A stretch of 64,000 bases of DNA. Origin: an uncultured virus (IMG/VR IMGVR_UViG_3300032316_001438). Lineage: Duplodnaviria > Heunggongvirae > Uroviricota > Caudoviricetes. The position numbers and the translations under genes are program-made. Positions 19,494-29,620 of the stretch are shown here, one piece after another (positions within the stretch are counted from its first letter, which is position 1; the number at the start of each line of letters is the position of its first letter). The stretch lies in IMG/VR virus record IMGVR_UViG_3300032316_001438, one strand, 5' to 3'. Under the pieces are notes generated by a model, which had not been told where the DNA came from, made no database searches, and saw only the letters and a list, made by a program, of their open reading frames with translations.

Positions 19494-19856
19494 TCAATTC
19501 AATTTAACATGATCTTTTGACAGGAAAGCCAGGAGCAGATATTGAGACATCTCAAAATCAGTGGAGTTCAGCGGGAAGAAATCAACGCTACTCACCTCTA
19601 CAACTTTTCTTCCAAGGACATCAATTACCCTGACCGACGCCTTTACACCATCCCAATTACCCATGGAATCTTTGTACATAATCTTTGTTGATGGCAAGTC
19701 AGACAGGTCTATATCGTTATCAGCCGCCGCCACTAAAAGGGCGTTGCCCATATCGCTGGTCAAGGATTTATCCCCATTGAGGTCTTCGAGCCAGAGGATA
19801 CCATTCTCTACACCACTATCGAATCGGCAACCGGTGTCATACAATTTTTTAGGCAT
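19494..19856 (-). CDS. hypothetical protein (start revised to MPKKLYD)
   Basis: EDLNG..SLT...YKDS.GNWDG motif; revised start avoids overlap. Confidence 0.65.
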   Translation of the reverse strand: MPKKLYDTGCRFDSGVENGILWLEDLNGDKSLTSDMGNALLVAAADNDIDLSDLPSTKIMYKDSMGNWDGVKASVRVIDVLGRKVVEVSSVDFFPLNSTDFEMSQYLLLAFLSKDHVKLN

Positions 19857-19875
19857 AATAAAATGAATTTTAAAT

Positions 19876-20226
19876 CTACGAGCGTTTATAAAGTGAACAA
19901 TAAAGACCTGTGTGTGCTTCCAGGATATCATATAACCGATCTACAGCTACACCTTGGCAGGACGACACCGGAGTAAAAGAGTCTTCCCTTAAATCCTCTA
20001 GTCTTTCAGGGCGAGAAAAGAACTCAAGATTATAAGTGTCATCACAAGGGTTATAGTAGATAACCACATGAGTTATCTCCTTTTTGTTTTCCGTTATTGC
20101 GAATTTGAGATAAGGGAATCCTGTCTTCAGCACCGCCCCGGATGATAGATTAGTAGCGCCTATTAAACCAAGACACTCCGGGCCTAGTTGCCGGGCAATA
20201 GAAAGAGCCACATCATTTGCAGTCAT
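19876..20226 (-). CDS. hypothetical protein, paralog of 20284-20616
   Basis: Shared IGA...GFP..F...N.K..THV...D.Y pattern. Confidence 0.75.
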   Translation of the reverse strand: MTANDVALSIARQLGPECLGLIGATNLSSGAVLKTGFPYLKFAITENKKEITHVVIYYNPCDDTYNLEFFSRPERLEDLREDSFTPVSSCQGVAVDRLYDILEAHTGLYCSLYKRS

Positions 20227-20283
20227 AAAAAAAACCTAAAATTTGAAACCTTTCCGCCGATAAAAAAATCTTGAGACATTATT

Positions 20284-20616
20284 TTAACCAGTTGCTAAGA
20301 CCGGAAAATGGAGTTCAGAACACAACTTATCTCTGATATCCAGCGCGTCAACATCATGCATGACAAGCCTTACACCAGAGGTGTTGCCGGCCATCGGGAA
20401 CTGATAAAACTTTATCATGTAACAATCCGATATCATATCCGCCATCACACGCACATGTGTGTAACCCTTCGTGTTGGCAGCTACACGGAACTGGATAAAT
20501 GGGAATCCTAGCTCCGCATCAGAGCCATACGTTGGTTCTGCAGCACCGATGGCGACCAGGTACTCATCCCCAATTCTATCTATAATAGCGAAAGCAATAT
20601 CTTGAGTGTTGTACAT
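20284..20616 (-). CDS. hypothetical protein, paralog of 19876-20226
   Basis: Shared IGA...GFP..F...N.K..THV...D.Y pattern. Confidence 0.75.
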   Translation of the reverse strand: MYNTQDIAFAIIDRIGDEYLVAIGAAEPTYGSDAELGFPFIQFRVAANTKGYTHVRVMADMISDCYMIKFYQFPMAGNTSGVRLVMHDVDALDIRDKLCSELHFPVLATG

Positions 20617-20621
20617 AACGT

Positions 20622-20930
20622 TTAATGAAAAGTAACAGGGTAAAGAGTACCGCTAAAAGAGCCCTGATCATCATCCTGGTCATTTGTGACGGCCTTGATA
20701 GAAAAACTATAGTCCTGCTTATTAAACCGGATAACAACCGACTCGATATCTACTTGTAGCTCACGCTTAAGGGCTTCCATCACCCTGGAACGAAGAGACT
20801 TCCCATGGTAGGTTTTAGGGTCATCAAGAGTATGGTATTTAAAGGAAGCCGGCTTGCTTCTGAACTTAAGTGCAATACCGCAAACCACATTCCCATCATC
20901 ATCTCGTGTAATCACAAAGGTCTCAGTCAT
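20622..20930 (-). CDS. hypothetical protein
   Basis: 102 aa ORF. Confidence 0.65.
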   Translation of the reverse strand: MTETFVITRDDDGNVVCGIALKFRSKPASFKYHTLDDPKTYHGKSLRSRVMEALKRELQVDIESVVIRFNKQDYSFSIKAVTNDQDDDQGSFSGTLYPVTFH

Positions 20931-20957
20931 AATATAATCGGTTTACCAATTCAATAG

Positions 20958-21188
20958 TCAATAATTCACAGGATCAATACTTTGCGGGCACTTTTTAAAC
21001 TGCGACCATTCCGCCCTGTCACTTTGCAGTTCGCTTAAATAGTCGTTCGCATACCCAACTATTTCGGGATCCTTTTCAAAACCATGCAAGCCAAAGTCTT
21101 TGATCTCCTGATATTTTAACACCTCTCCTTTTTCCTTCAGGTAGTCGAAAAGGATTTGCTCTGAAGGGTTGAATTCTTGTTTACTCAT
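20958..21188 (-). CDS. hypothetical protein (start revised to MSKQEF)
   Basis: ATG 38 bp downstream of motif variant at 21226. Confidence 0.6.
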   Translation of the reverse strand: MSKQEFNPSEQILFDYLKEKGEVLKYQEIKDFGLHGFEKDPEIVGYANDYLSELQSDRAEWSQFKKCPQSIDPVNY

Positions 21189-21242
21189 ACTAATGATTAC
21201 TAACGCTAATGCCAAAAGCACAACACCGACTGACCGAAATTT

Positions 21243-21422
21243 CTACCGGGCGATTGAATAGTCAGCATCCCTCTCGCTGTAGTCGTGGTCTCCGGCTTCG
21301 TCCAGCGCAAGCTCCTCAGCCTCTTTCTGAGTTTTAGCCTGTACCTTGATATCACGGAAAGCGTAGGAGGTACGCATCACTTTGATTGTAAATTCTTGAA
21401 CTTGCTTTTTTGGCTTTGCCAT
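21243..21422 (-). CDS. small DpnD/PcfM-like protein (59 aa), not in ORF track
   Basis: MAKPKKQVQEFTIKVMRTSYAFRDIKVQAKTQKEAEELALDEAGDHDYSERDADYSIAR; similar to 22148-22357. Confidence 0.7.
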   Translation of the reverse strand: MAKPKKQVQEFTIKVMRTSYAFRDIKVQAKTQKEAEELALDEAGDHDYSERDADYSIAR

Positions 21423-21469
21423 CGTTGTTATAAATATTAGAAGCGTAAGATATTTGTGTCGAGTGAGTA

Positions 21470-21736
21470 TTAATATGTCGCAGCAACCTCAATCGTGTAG
21501 TCATTAACTTCAATCTCGCCGTCATCAGTGGTAATCTCCGCTGTGAAACTCAAAGCATCCAAAGCATCAAGAACATCTTTAGACTCTACTTTTGCTGAAT
21601 CAGCAGCTTCGTGCTCTTTGATGGCAAGCTCAACCTGTTTAGTAATATCTCCATCAATCCTACAATTGATAATAGCGACAACGCGACCCTCATCACTAGT
21701 AGTGATAACTGCTTGTCCAGATACTTTAGTTTTCAT
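21470..21736 (-). CDS. hypothetical protein (start revised to MKTKVSG)
   Basis: ATG 57 bp downstream of the motif at 21793. Confidence 0.65.
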   Translation of the reverse strand: MKTKVSGQAVITTSDEGRVVAIINCRIDGDITKQVELAIKEHEAADSAKVESKDVLDALDALSFTAEITTDDGEIEVNDYTIEVAATY

Positions 21737-21825
21737 AGTTTTAAAAGATGTTAGTTGAAAAGATTGACACAAAGTAAGAATTAGACCAAACCCCGACCGT
21801 CCGGGAAAAATTTTGCGACCAAAAA

Positions 21826-22044
21826 TTAAAGACCCGTCAGCATGACTTTACGCTGGCCATCGAAGGGGTCATTGACTATAACCTCCTCTTCATCAGCAAA
21901 ATTCTCTGTTAGAAAAGAAGAGTCTATTCCGAAGATACCTCCGCTTTGAAGGTGTTTGAACATTGAAACACGAACCTCGAACTTGCTGTCCGGATCAGTG
22001 GTCAGCACTTCGGCGAAAAAAGTAGCGATATTTGGTTTGCTCAT
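21826..22044 (-). CDS. hypothetical protein
   Basis: 72 aa ORF preceded by TATCTTTG-N5-GCGTCCAAA. Confidence 0.65.
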   Translation of the reverse strand: MSKPNIATFFAEVLTTDPDSKFEVRVSMFKHLQSGGIFGIDSSFLTENFADEEEVIVNDPFDGQRKVMLTGL

Positions 22045-22147
22045 ATCAAGAACAGTTTATTTGGACGCTGAATCAAAGATAACGAAAAACGAAAAGTAGT
22101 ATACCGTAAGCCAATAAGAAGTTAATAGGCCGGAGCCTACACACACA

Positions 22148-22357
22148 TTATTTATTTATTCGGGTACACTCCCTGACGCCATTAACAAAATACTCGGCGC
22201 TCGCCTCAGAATAATCAACATCACCCTCTTGCTGTCTGGCGATTCGAGTGGCTTGCTCTTCATTCTCCGCCTCCACATGGAAATCATGGTTGCAATAAGA
22301 CACACGAGCGATACTGACCACGAAACTTTTAAGAGTAGATTCCTTAATTTCCGCCAT
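22148..22357 (-). CDS. small DpnD/PcfM-like protein
   Basis: F.V.I.R.SY....HVEAENEEQA pattern. Confidence 0.65.
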   Translation of the reverse strand: MAEIKESTLKSFVVSIARVSYCNHDFHVEAENEEQATRIARQQEGDVDYSEASAEYFVNGVRECTRINK

Positions 22358-22374
22358 ACAATTTGTTTTTAGGT

Positions 22375-22623
22375 TTAAAAATCAGTCAAGCATAAATGTG
22401 GATTGGCTTTAAGAACGTCAGCATGAAAAGCCTTTTTTTCTTGATACTTTAAGTCTTCCTTTTCTCTGGTGGTAACTCTGATGTCCACACCTCGGGTAGA
22501 CCTCAATCCCCAAAAATTTCGGATGTTCTTTCTAGCCTCTTTTTCAGTGAAACATTCAATTGGGCCATACTCTGTCCATGAACCAGGCAAAGAATACATA
22601 AAAAGAACTACCTGTTTTATCAT
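22375..22623 (-). CDS. hypothetical protein (start revised to MIKQVV)
   Basis: ATG 48 bp downstream of motif variant at 22671. Confidence 0.6.
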   Translation of the reverse strand: MIKQVVLFMYSLPGSWTEYGPIECFTEKEARKNIRNFWGLRSTRGVDIRVTTREKEDLKYQEKKAFHADVLKANPHLCLTDF

Positions 22624-22689
22624 ACAACTATTTTTATGATATACTAAATCACTAATCAAGAACACGACCTGCGACCGCCCCCGGAAAAA

Positions 22690-22992
22690 CTACCCGTTCA
22701 ACTTAGGGGCGTTTAGCAAGTTCCGATCCACATAACTTTTGTAAACACCTAAGTACTTATAAGGCAGCATGCTTGGCCGCTCATGCTTGTTGAGTAGGAT
22801 ATCCACATCTTTAGTCTCGAAATATTTGACACCAGCTACAACACGATTTTTCTTTTTGTATAGTTCAATGCAATAAGTGGTAGGAATAGCGCGGCCATAA
22901 GGATTAGTCTCGCTCTGTGTTGTGATAACATAGAACCTATCAGCATCTGCCTTTACGATAGTGCCTACCAAGGAGCTAGTGATTTCACTCAT
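22690..22992 (-). CDS. hypothetical protein
   Basis: 100 aa ORF. Confidence 0.6.
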   Translation of the reverse strand: MSEITSSLVGTIVKADADRFYVITTQSETNPYGRAIPTTYCIELYKKKNRVVAGVKYFETKDVDILLNKHERPSMLPYKYLGVYKSYVDRNLLNAPKLNG

Positions 22993-22995
22993 AGA

Positions 22996-23538
22996 TTATC
23001 GAATTTTGGTTTTGATTATAAAAAAATTGTAGCCCCAATTATTCCCTTTTTCACCCGCCATGATAAGAGGAATAGGATCAGATTGAATACCTTTCGAGAA
23101 AGTATTATGAGGATAGATTTTGATGGCCTCAACCTTAGTCTTTGCAAGCTCCCAATCAATATCAATCCAAGAGCCGTATTTTTCAATAAGACTATCAATT
23201 GAGCCAAAGACTTCTGAAAAACCCGCTCCGTTTAAGTCTTTTTTGAAGGTGTAATTGAATGACTCTACTTTAACCTTCTTTCTTCGCACGAGCATGATTG
23301 CCCACTCATCAACCGCCTCAACATCTACCTCTATATTTTGAAAGGTGCCATGTAACATAGTCTTCAATGAATAGCCTAGGTTGACTAGCCTTGTTGGATG
23401 TGAGTCAGAATCACCATTTGATCTGGCCGCGAAGTGCATCTCACCATTGTCGCAGCCTTCGTAGTCGAAACAAGATTTCTTTGCGACGAATGATGCGATA
23501 TCTCCGATTTCTTTCTCTGATAAGTTTGTAATTTCCAT
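22996..23538 (-). CDS. hypothetical protein
   Basis: 180 aa ORF, ATG 38 bp from motif at 23576. Confidence 0.7.
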   Translation of the reverse strand: MEITNLSEKEIGDIASFVAKKSCFDYEGCDNGEMHFAARSNGDSDSHPTRLVNLGYSLKTMLHGTFQNIEVDVEAVDEWAIMLVRRKKVKVESFNYTFKKDLNGAGFSEVFGSIDSLIEKYGSWIDIDWELAKTKVEAIKIYPHNTFSKGIQSDPIPLIMAGEKGNNWGYNFFIIKTKIR

Positions 23539-23595
23539 TACCCAAACATCAATACATCACAGGAAGCAACAACGTCCGACCGACCCTGAGTTCTA

Positions 23596-23826
23596 CTAAG
23601 AATCCAGATCACCATTCTTGATAAGCAGGTGCAAATCAGCGAACGCGCAAGCCTTATCGTGAAATTGCTGTGCTGCCAGCAGTTCAACACTAGACTGTTC
23701 ATTACCACGTACCCGCACCAGGTTTGATACAATATTGCTGTGCGTGTTAGAATATGCCCGCTCGGCAATACCTAGCGCCTGAGAAAGCAGATTAAATTGC
23801 TCTTCAGAAAGACTGATAGTTCTCAT
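23596..23826 (-). CDS. hypothetical protein
   Basis: 76 aa ORF. Confidence 0.6.
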   Translation of the reverse strand: MRTISLSEEQFNLLSQALGIAERAYSNTHSNIVSNLVRVRGNEQSSVELLAAQQFHDKACAFADLHLLIKNGDLDS

Positions 23827-23847
23827 ATTATTTGTTGGTTTTGTATT

Positions 23848-24225
23848 TCAAGCTGCAATTTTCACATGATGCTTTATATCTTCAGCAAGCTCCCTGGTCA
23901 TGGCTCGGGCCATTCCATCAGCAAGATAGACGTGCCTGTTCCCTTCTCCGCGATAGTCATTTTCATCTTTCGCTTTGCGCCACATCATTACCTTTAGGTT
24001 TTTATTGCGAAGATCATCAAGTGAAAAATAGTAACAGATTCCATGAACGCGAAAGAAACCTGAGAAATAAAAATGCCCTAGCGTGTACTTTGTCAGAGTG
24101 GCACCAATCAAGGCAAGCTCTTTCGTGAGTTCCTTTTTAAAAAGCCGTGACAACGATTTTAGCTCCTCGGTTTTGCCGCTGCTGGAAGTAAGACCGTTTT
24201 GAATAATTGCAAGAACCTTCTTCAT
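23848..24225 (-). CDS. hypothetical protein
   Basis: GHFYFSGFF...YYFSLDDLR...R.AK...DYRG.GN motif. Confidence 0.75.
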   Translation of the reverse strand: MKKVLAIIQNGLTSSSGKTEELKSLSRLFKKELTKELALIGATLTKYTLGHFYFSGFFRVHGICYYFSLDDLRNKNLKVMMWRKAKDENDYRGEGNRHVYLADGMARAMTRELAEDIKHHVKIAA

Positions 24226-24251
24226 GGTATAGGGTGTTTATGGGAGTCTTT

Positions 24252-24668
24252 CTATTTTAGCTCAGTTACCTGTAGATTTTCAACGCAGTAGTCGCTGATA
24301 ACAGAGTCCAGTAGCGCTTTGGTGATGTCGCTGCTTCCAAGTAGGATGGTGGAGAAAACCTCTTTGCGATCGGCCACAGAAAGTTTTTCTAGCGACACAC
24401 TGCCGCGGAAAAAGGCCATAAACTGATCCCTGCTTATTGAAGGAGCTATTTTTTCATTGGCTTGGTAATCATTGAATTCAGCTTTACTGGCCTTGACGAT
24501 GTCGATCATATCGAAACTATCCTCAAGGTAGTGTTCTGGCCTAATGTCAACCTCCATTCCAGATACGATATCTTTAGCCTCTTGTTCGCTAGTAGCCTCA
24601 ACAAAAACCTCCTTTGTATAGGATTCAAAAACAGTGACCTTAAAATAGTCGGTTTTGATTTTAGCCAT
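24252..24668 (-). CDS. protein with N-terminal DpnD/PcfM-like domain
   Basis: YFKVTVFESYTKEVFVEATSEQEA. Confidence 0.7.
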   Translation of the reverse strand: MAKIKTDYFKVTVFESYTKEVFVEATSEQEAKDIVSGMEVDIRPEHYLEDSFDMIDIVKASKAEFNDYQANEKIAPSISRDQFMAFFRGSVSLEKLSVADRKEVFSTILLGSSDITKALLDSVISDYCVENLQVTELK

Positions 24669-24794
24669 TTTGTCGTATTGTTTATCTTTGAAAAAGAGTG
24701 CCGAGCGGACTTATCGACAATCACCGACCGTCCGAGGTAGGTACCAGAAGGAAGGTTTTCAGCTCGAAAAAACCCCAATTAAAAAGTATAAAGT

Positions 24795-25055
24795 ATGAGT
24801 GGAGAAAGGGTACCAAGAAAGATTAAAAAGAAAAAGCTAAAATTTCCGATGTATATAGTAAGTGTCTCAAAAAAAGATAAAATCATTTTACTAGAAAAAG
24901 TGAAAACGGAGATTGCCCTGGGTAGGGGAGTGGTATTGAAAAAAAAGCTTTACCTGCAGTATGAGCAGCTATGGAAGAATTTACCCAGAGATATCAAGTC
25001 GGAATGGAGGAATCTATCCGATGAACGGCCGGTTAACGATCAAGATTTCGGGTAA
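24795..25055 (+). CDS. basic hypothetical protein
   Basis: 86 aa ORF. Confidence 0.5.
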   Translation: MSGERVPRKIKKKKLKFPMYIVSVSKKDKIILLEKVKTEIALGRGVVLKKKLYLQYEQLWKNLPRDIKSEWRNLSDERPVNDQDFG

Positions 25056-25091
25056 TGATGAAGCGGTTAACTGATATTTAATCAAGTCAAA

Positions 25092-25880
25092 ATGTGTTAC
25101 GACAAAGCCTATCTTTCCCGCAGTGGCTACAACTACGCAAGTCACTATTCTAATGAACAAAGCCGTCAACTATCGTTTAAAGAGCAATTGGATCAGATAC
25201 CACCCAAGTTCTACGCCAGTGGTTTTTCACATCCACAAGCTCCAATTATAACCGATCTGGAACCAGATCGGATACAGTCGTTTTCCTGGGGACTCATCCC
25301 GTTTTGGGTGAAGGACAATGTATCAGCGGTAAAGCTATCAAACCAGTGTTTGAATGCACGAGGGGAAACTATTTTTGAAAAGCCTGCCTTTAGGGACAGC
25401 GCAAAAAACAGACGATGCTTGATCACCTGTATAGATGGATATTATGAATACTTCCATCTGGGTAAAAAGACGTACCCATTTTTTATCCATGCAAAAAATA
25501 ATGAGCCGATGACCTTCGCTGGTCTATGGTCACGGTGGGAAAATAAAGCAGACGGAATAGTAAGGGAAAGTTATACCGTGGTTACCACAAAGGCCAATGA
25601 GCTGGTGGGCAGGATCCATAATAATCCGAACCGGGAATCTGGGGATTCGCGCATGCCGGTTATTTTACCAAAGGAGCTCCAGAGGAACTGGCTATATCCT
25701 GTAAATGATGATTTTGATAAAAAGGACATACAAGAAATGATACAGCCATACCCTGAGGAGCTGATGGCGGCGCACCCAGTTGGGCAATTGAAAGGCAAGA
25801 ATGGAATTGGCAACCAGCCTAATGCCATGCAGCAAGTGGACTATATGGAGTTGGAACGGTTAATAGATGATGGTGAGTGA
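25092..25880 (+). CDS. SOS response-associated peptidase (SRAP/HMCES family)
   Basis: N-terminal Met-Cys; WGLIPFW, NARGET, RRCLI, GYYE, H...RMPVIL motifs. Confidence 0.93.
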   Translation: MCYDKAYLSRSGYNYASHYSNEQSRQLSFKEQLDQIPPKFYASGFSHPQAPIITDLEPDRIQSFSWGLIPFWVKDNVSAVKLSNQCLNARGETIFEKPAFRDSAKNRRCLITCIDGYYEYFHLGKKTYPFFIHAKNNEPMTFAGLWSRWENKADGIVRESYTVVTTKANELVGRIHNNPNRESGDSRMPVILPKELQRNWLYPVNDDFDKKDIQEMIQPYPEELMAAHPVGQLKGKNGIGNQPNAMQQVDYMELERLIDDGE

Positions 25881-26149
25881 TGAAGGGTGAACAAAATATC
25901 AAGGACTTATTTTTTGAATCAGACAAACACGGTAGAGCCGTGCTCATTCAGGAGCATGGCGAGTATGTTTCTACACGGCAATATTATTCTATGGCCGTGA
26001 ACCTATATTTGATGCCAGGGTTCATGGCAGAGCTGTTCTATTCTCCGTATCTGAATCGGATTATGAGGATCGAGCTGTTGACCGATGACAATAAGCTCGA
26101 ACGGCACCTGGAACAGATCGATATTTCGGATATCTCGGTAAACCATTAG
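25877..26149 (+). CDS. hypothetical protein
   Basis: 90 aa ORF overlapping the SRAP stop. Confidence 0.65.
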   Translation: MMKGEQNIKDLFFESDKHGRAVLIQEHGEYVSTRQYYSMAVNLYLMPGFMAELFYSPYLNRIMRIELLTDDNKLERHLEQIDISDISVNH

Positions 26150-26171
26150 GTAGAGTTAACAGCAGCCCATT

Positions 26172-26522
26172 GTGGGAAAGATTTCTGTAGCTATTGGCTT
26201 TGAGTTTGAGTATGCTGGAAAAAAGTACGAGCATACATTTTGGTCTCTGCCCGATCTTGATAACTACTTTCGGTGGGAGCCTGGTCGTGGGAGTTTAGTA
26301 GGTTACGGGGAAATCGTCAATAAGGAGAATCAACCAGAGGGTAGATCCTCTAGTGGTTTGCTTAGGCTGATAGTTGTAAACCAGACAGGGACGAGGATAA
26401 AACAAAAAGAGTTTTTCACCTATAAAGCGATGGTGGACTTTATTACGGACCATAAAATCGAGATTGCAAACAGATCAGCACGCAAGGGATTGCTGATAAA
26501 ACCTACTGCCATCGATTTTTGA
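26172..26522 (+). CDS. hypothetical protein
   Basis: 116 aa ORF with GTG start. Confidence 0.5.
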   Translation: MGKISVAIGFEFEYAGKKYEHTFWSLPDLDNYFRWEPGRGSLVGYGEIVNKENQPEGRSSSGLLRLIVVNQTGTRIKQKEFFTYKAMVDFITDHKIEIANRSARKGLLIKPTAIDF

Positions 26523-27075
26523 AACGCGCCCTCTTTTTGTCAGCAGGCGATTGGGCTTTTTTCGCTTTTAATACGTCTTGGAAAATTCTCCCGCGAAATA
26601 TCACCGGATCAACATGCTTTCCTATCTCAAGGACGATATCAGCTAAAGAGTGGTCTGTTAACTTTCCTGAGCCACGCCCAAAAAGTGTAGGGTACTCTTT
26701 AGCAATAAGCTGGATAGCGTCAAAGAATATCAACCGTGAGATATAGGATGCAACTGTTTCACGATGTAAAATAGCGGCAATTTGGGTCAAACTCTTAAAG
26801 GCAACGGACGTCCGTAATTCTAAGCGTTCATCTTTGAGATAACCTAGCAGCGGGATGGGGTTAACAATATTCCCTTTGCCATCGTATTTGTAGTAGCCGT
26901 GATGAAGTGTATCAAATTCTTTTCTAAGGGGAGTAGCTGCATTGCTAGGATCAAAAACAGACTTCATCAAGGATTTTCCACCAGCTTGCTGAGTCCCTTT
27001 GCCTTTCGGCTTTACATGGCCACGAATGCCCTTTTTGATTTTCTTTGCAGGTTTTTTCATAGTTCCAAACTTCAA
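26503..27075 (-). CDS. basic hypothetical protein (true start probably MKKPAKK, slightly downstream)
   Basis: Lysine-rich N-terminus. Confidence 0.6.
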   Translation of the reverse strand: MKFGTMKKPAKKIKKGIRGHVKPKGKGTQQAGGKSLMKSVFDPSNAATPLRKEFDTLHHGYYKYDGKGNIVNPIPLLGYLKDERLELRTSVAFKSLTQIAAILHRETVASYISRLIFFDAIQLIAKEYPTLFGRGSGKLTDHSLADIVLEIGKHVDPVIFRGRIFQDVLKAKKAQSPADKKRARFKNRWQ

Positions 27076-27209
27076 AAACTAAAATAGTTATTGTATGTAC
27101 AACTGTACGGACATGACAATGGGCAAATGTACGGACAAATATTCTATCACTAATAAATATCCAGCCGATCTAAGATTGTTAAAAAAAATATCCTGTAACT
27201 AGCTAGTTT

Positions 27210-29549
27210 CTAACTATTCCCTTTCTTCTCCTTAGTTGGAAAAAAAAGAGATGCGCTATATCCGTGCTTATAAACAGACCTTAACGCGGATGGTATATTA
27301 GATGGTTTTTTAGGAGCTCCTGGGTAGAGTGTATGATCCTTGCAATATTTAACCCAATGCCTTGTACTAACCACACCGTATTTCCATAATGATATGACAA
27401 AAGCAATTGCAACATCCACTTGCGCATAGTTCGTCACGACTTTTGATTGAGGAAAGAATTCGTTTACGTTATATTCAGACTTGTAGACAAGGGCCAGGTT
27501 TAAAGGAATATCATTCGGGCACTTGGGTGCGCCTGGATATAATAAATGATTTCTCCAGTATTTGATCCAATGGCGGGTATTGGTAACGCCGTACTTAAAT
27601 AATGACCGAACGAAAATAGCAGCGGCTTTAGCTGACCTCCATGAATATTCGCTCCTTCCGGCGGAGAAGAAGAGCTCGGCCTTGTACTTGTCCTTATAGA
27701 ACTCCCACAGATATACAGGAATATCACTTGGCTTAGGGAGAGCTCCTGGGTAAAGTGTATGATCCTTGCAATACCTTATCCAATGAGTGCTGTTAATAAT
27801 TCCAAAATCGCCCAAGTGTAAAGTGAACTGAGCGGATTTATCATGTGTCCTATATGAGGATCTACTTCTCCCATCTAAAAAGAATAATTCAGCTTTGTAA
27901 TCTTCTTTATAGAAATAGGCAAGGTTAACCGGGATGTTAGAGGGTTTTTCGGGAGCTCCCGGATAGAGTGAAGGATCCTTGCAATAACGTTCCCAGCATG
28001 CGTAATTGATTATTCCAAACTCAGCCAGAGGCATTGTGAGTTGAGCAGCAATGTACCATGGTGCCCAAACAGTATCCTTAAAGGCCAACAAACTAGCTGA
28101 ACGCCACACAGAGGGCTTTATAGACTCAATCATTAAATCCACATTGAAGTAAGAGGGTAAGTCTATTGCATCAAATAGGTTCGCTATTTTACCCCTACGG
28201 AAAGGGTCTGACGTTTTACTTTTAAAGAAATCGAGTATGAGATCATCTGTAGTCATAAGAGCAGAAATCACTCTTCTCAGGATCAGCGTTTCACTGGTAT
28301 TTATAGTTTCTTGATTTTCGGATATTAAAATAGGAAGTAGAATGTATCCGTATTTCTTTCCGGGTGACAATCTCCAGCACCGCCCAGCAGCCTGTACGAT
28401 ATCAGTTACGCTACTCTTTTCGTCTACAAATGCCACCGCGTCAACAGCGGGCATATCAAAACCCTCCCCAAGTAATTTAGAGTTAATGATAAGTGCCCTT
28501 TGAGATTGTGAAAAGGAGTTAAGTATATGACTTCTTTCAGCCGCAGAATGTGTATTGTTGATATCGAAAACATCAATATGATAGTTAGCCGCCTGACAGA
28601 GAGCCTTAATAATGATTGCGAATTCCTCATTACGAGCAATAGAGGAAGTAAACCCGATGGTATGGCGAAGCCCTAGTTTTTGGAAAGATCGTATGATAGA
28701 AAGTCCGATGGCTATCATTCGACTTTCTCCGTTTGGCATTCGTTTTAGACGATCGGCAATGAGGCGATTATTTGAAATTCTTTCGTTGACCATGTGGTGA
28801 GCAGAATACATGGTCACTACTTTATAGTCACAGATAATACCTTTTGAGATCGCTTCGCGAGTATCGAGTCGATAAAACTCCTTTCCATATATAGTTTCAT
28901 CATCCATAGAGATTAGCTCCATATCGTGCTGACCCACCCTGGCCTGCAGCACACGGGGAGTGGCGGTCATAAATAATCTCTTGTTGACCTTGAACTTGTC
29001 CTGTTTTATAACGGCCTGAAACTTCTTTTTATCAAGACCAACTGTATGGTGGGCTTCATCGAAAACACACAAGTCGAAAGAAATCTCGTTTGCCGTAGCA
29101 ATCTTTAAAAGAATAGGGGAGCTATGATAGGTTGTTAATATGACAACAGGTTTTTGTGTCGATCTTTTCAACGAACTCAGGATCGTTAAAGGATCAGTGG
29201 TTGATTTAAGATGGTGTTGGCATCCCATTTCCTGATCGCTTCCGATTATTAAAACATTATGGTCAACGGAGTCTGAGTGAATATTTTTAAACCAGTCATT
29301 GAGCATCTGGCTTTGGAGCTGCAGTGTTGGAAGCACCACAACAATCCGTTTAGCACCTATGGCATCAGCAATCCAGAGAGCCGTTAATGATTTACCTGAT
29401 CCACAGGGCATAATAAGTTTACCGGACCTATTAGTGTGATAGAATTGAACAGCCTTATTGATAGCCTCCAATTGGTGAGGCTTTGGTGAAAGGGTAATTC
29501 TGTGTTGTTGTTGCTTGAGTGCGGGATTAGTTGCCATTTTTTTCTTCAA
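27210..29549 (-). CDS. SF2 DEAD/DEAH helicase (type III Res-like) with four C-terminal ~70 aa repeats
   Basis: MPCGSGKS, DEAHH, TATPR, EGFDMP and QAAGR motifs; YPGA..(K/C)P..IP repeated four times. Confidence 0.9.
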   Translation of the reverse strand: MKKKMATNPALKQQQHRITLSPKPHQLEAINKAVQFYHTNRSGKLIMPCGSGKSLTALWIADAIGAKRIVVVLPTLQLQSQMLNDWFKNIHSDSVDHNVLIIGSDQEMGCQHHLKSTTDPLTILSSLKRSTQKPVVILTTYHSSPILLKIATANEISFDLCVFDEAHHTVGLDKKKFQAVIKQDKFKVNKRLFMTATPRVLQARVGQHDMELISMDDETIYGKEFYRLDTREAISKGIICDYKVVTMYSAHHMVNERISNNRLIADRLKRMPNGESRMIAIGLSIIRSFQKLGLRHTIGFTSSIARNEEFAIIIKALCQAANYHIDVFDINNTHSAAERSHILNSFSQSQRALIINSKLLGEGFDMPAVDAVAFVDEKSSVTDIVQAAGRCWRLSPGKKYGYILLPILISENQETINTSETLILRRVISALMTTDDLILDFFKSKTSDPFRRGKIANLFDAIDLPSYFNVDLMIESIKPSVWRSASLLAFKDTVWAPWYIAAQLTMPLAEFGIINYACWERYCKDPSLYPGAPEKPSNIPVNLAYFYKEDYKAELFFLDGRSRSSYRTHDKSAQFTLHLGDFGIINSTHWIRYCKDHTLYPGALPKPSDIPVYLWEFYKDKYKAELFFSAGRSEYSWRSAKAAAIFVRSLFKYGVTNTRHWIKYWRNHLLYPGAPKCPNDIPLNLALVYKSEYNVNEFFPQSKVVTNYAQVDVAIAFVISLWKYGVVSTRHWVKYCKDHTLYPGAPKKPSNIPSALRSVYKHGYSASLFFPTKEKKGNS

Positions 29550-29620
29550 TAATTAATGTTTTGCATTAATTATTTACAAAGGTTAAAAACAGGTCAAAAC
29601 AATCCAAAAACGCACTTTTT

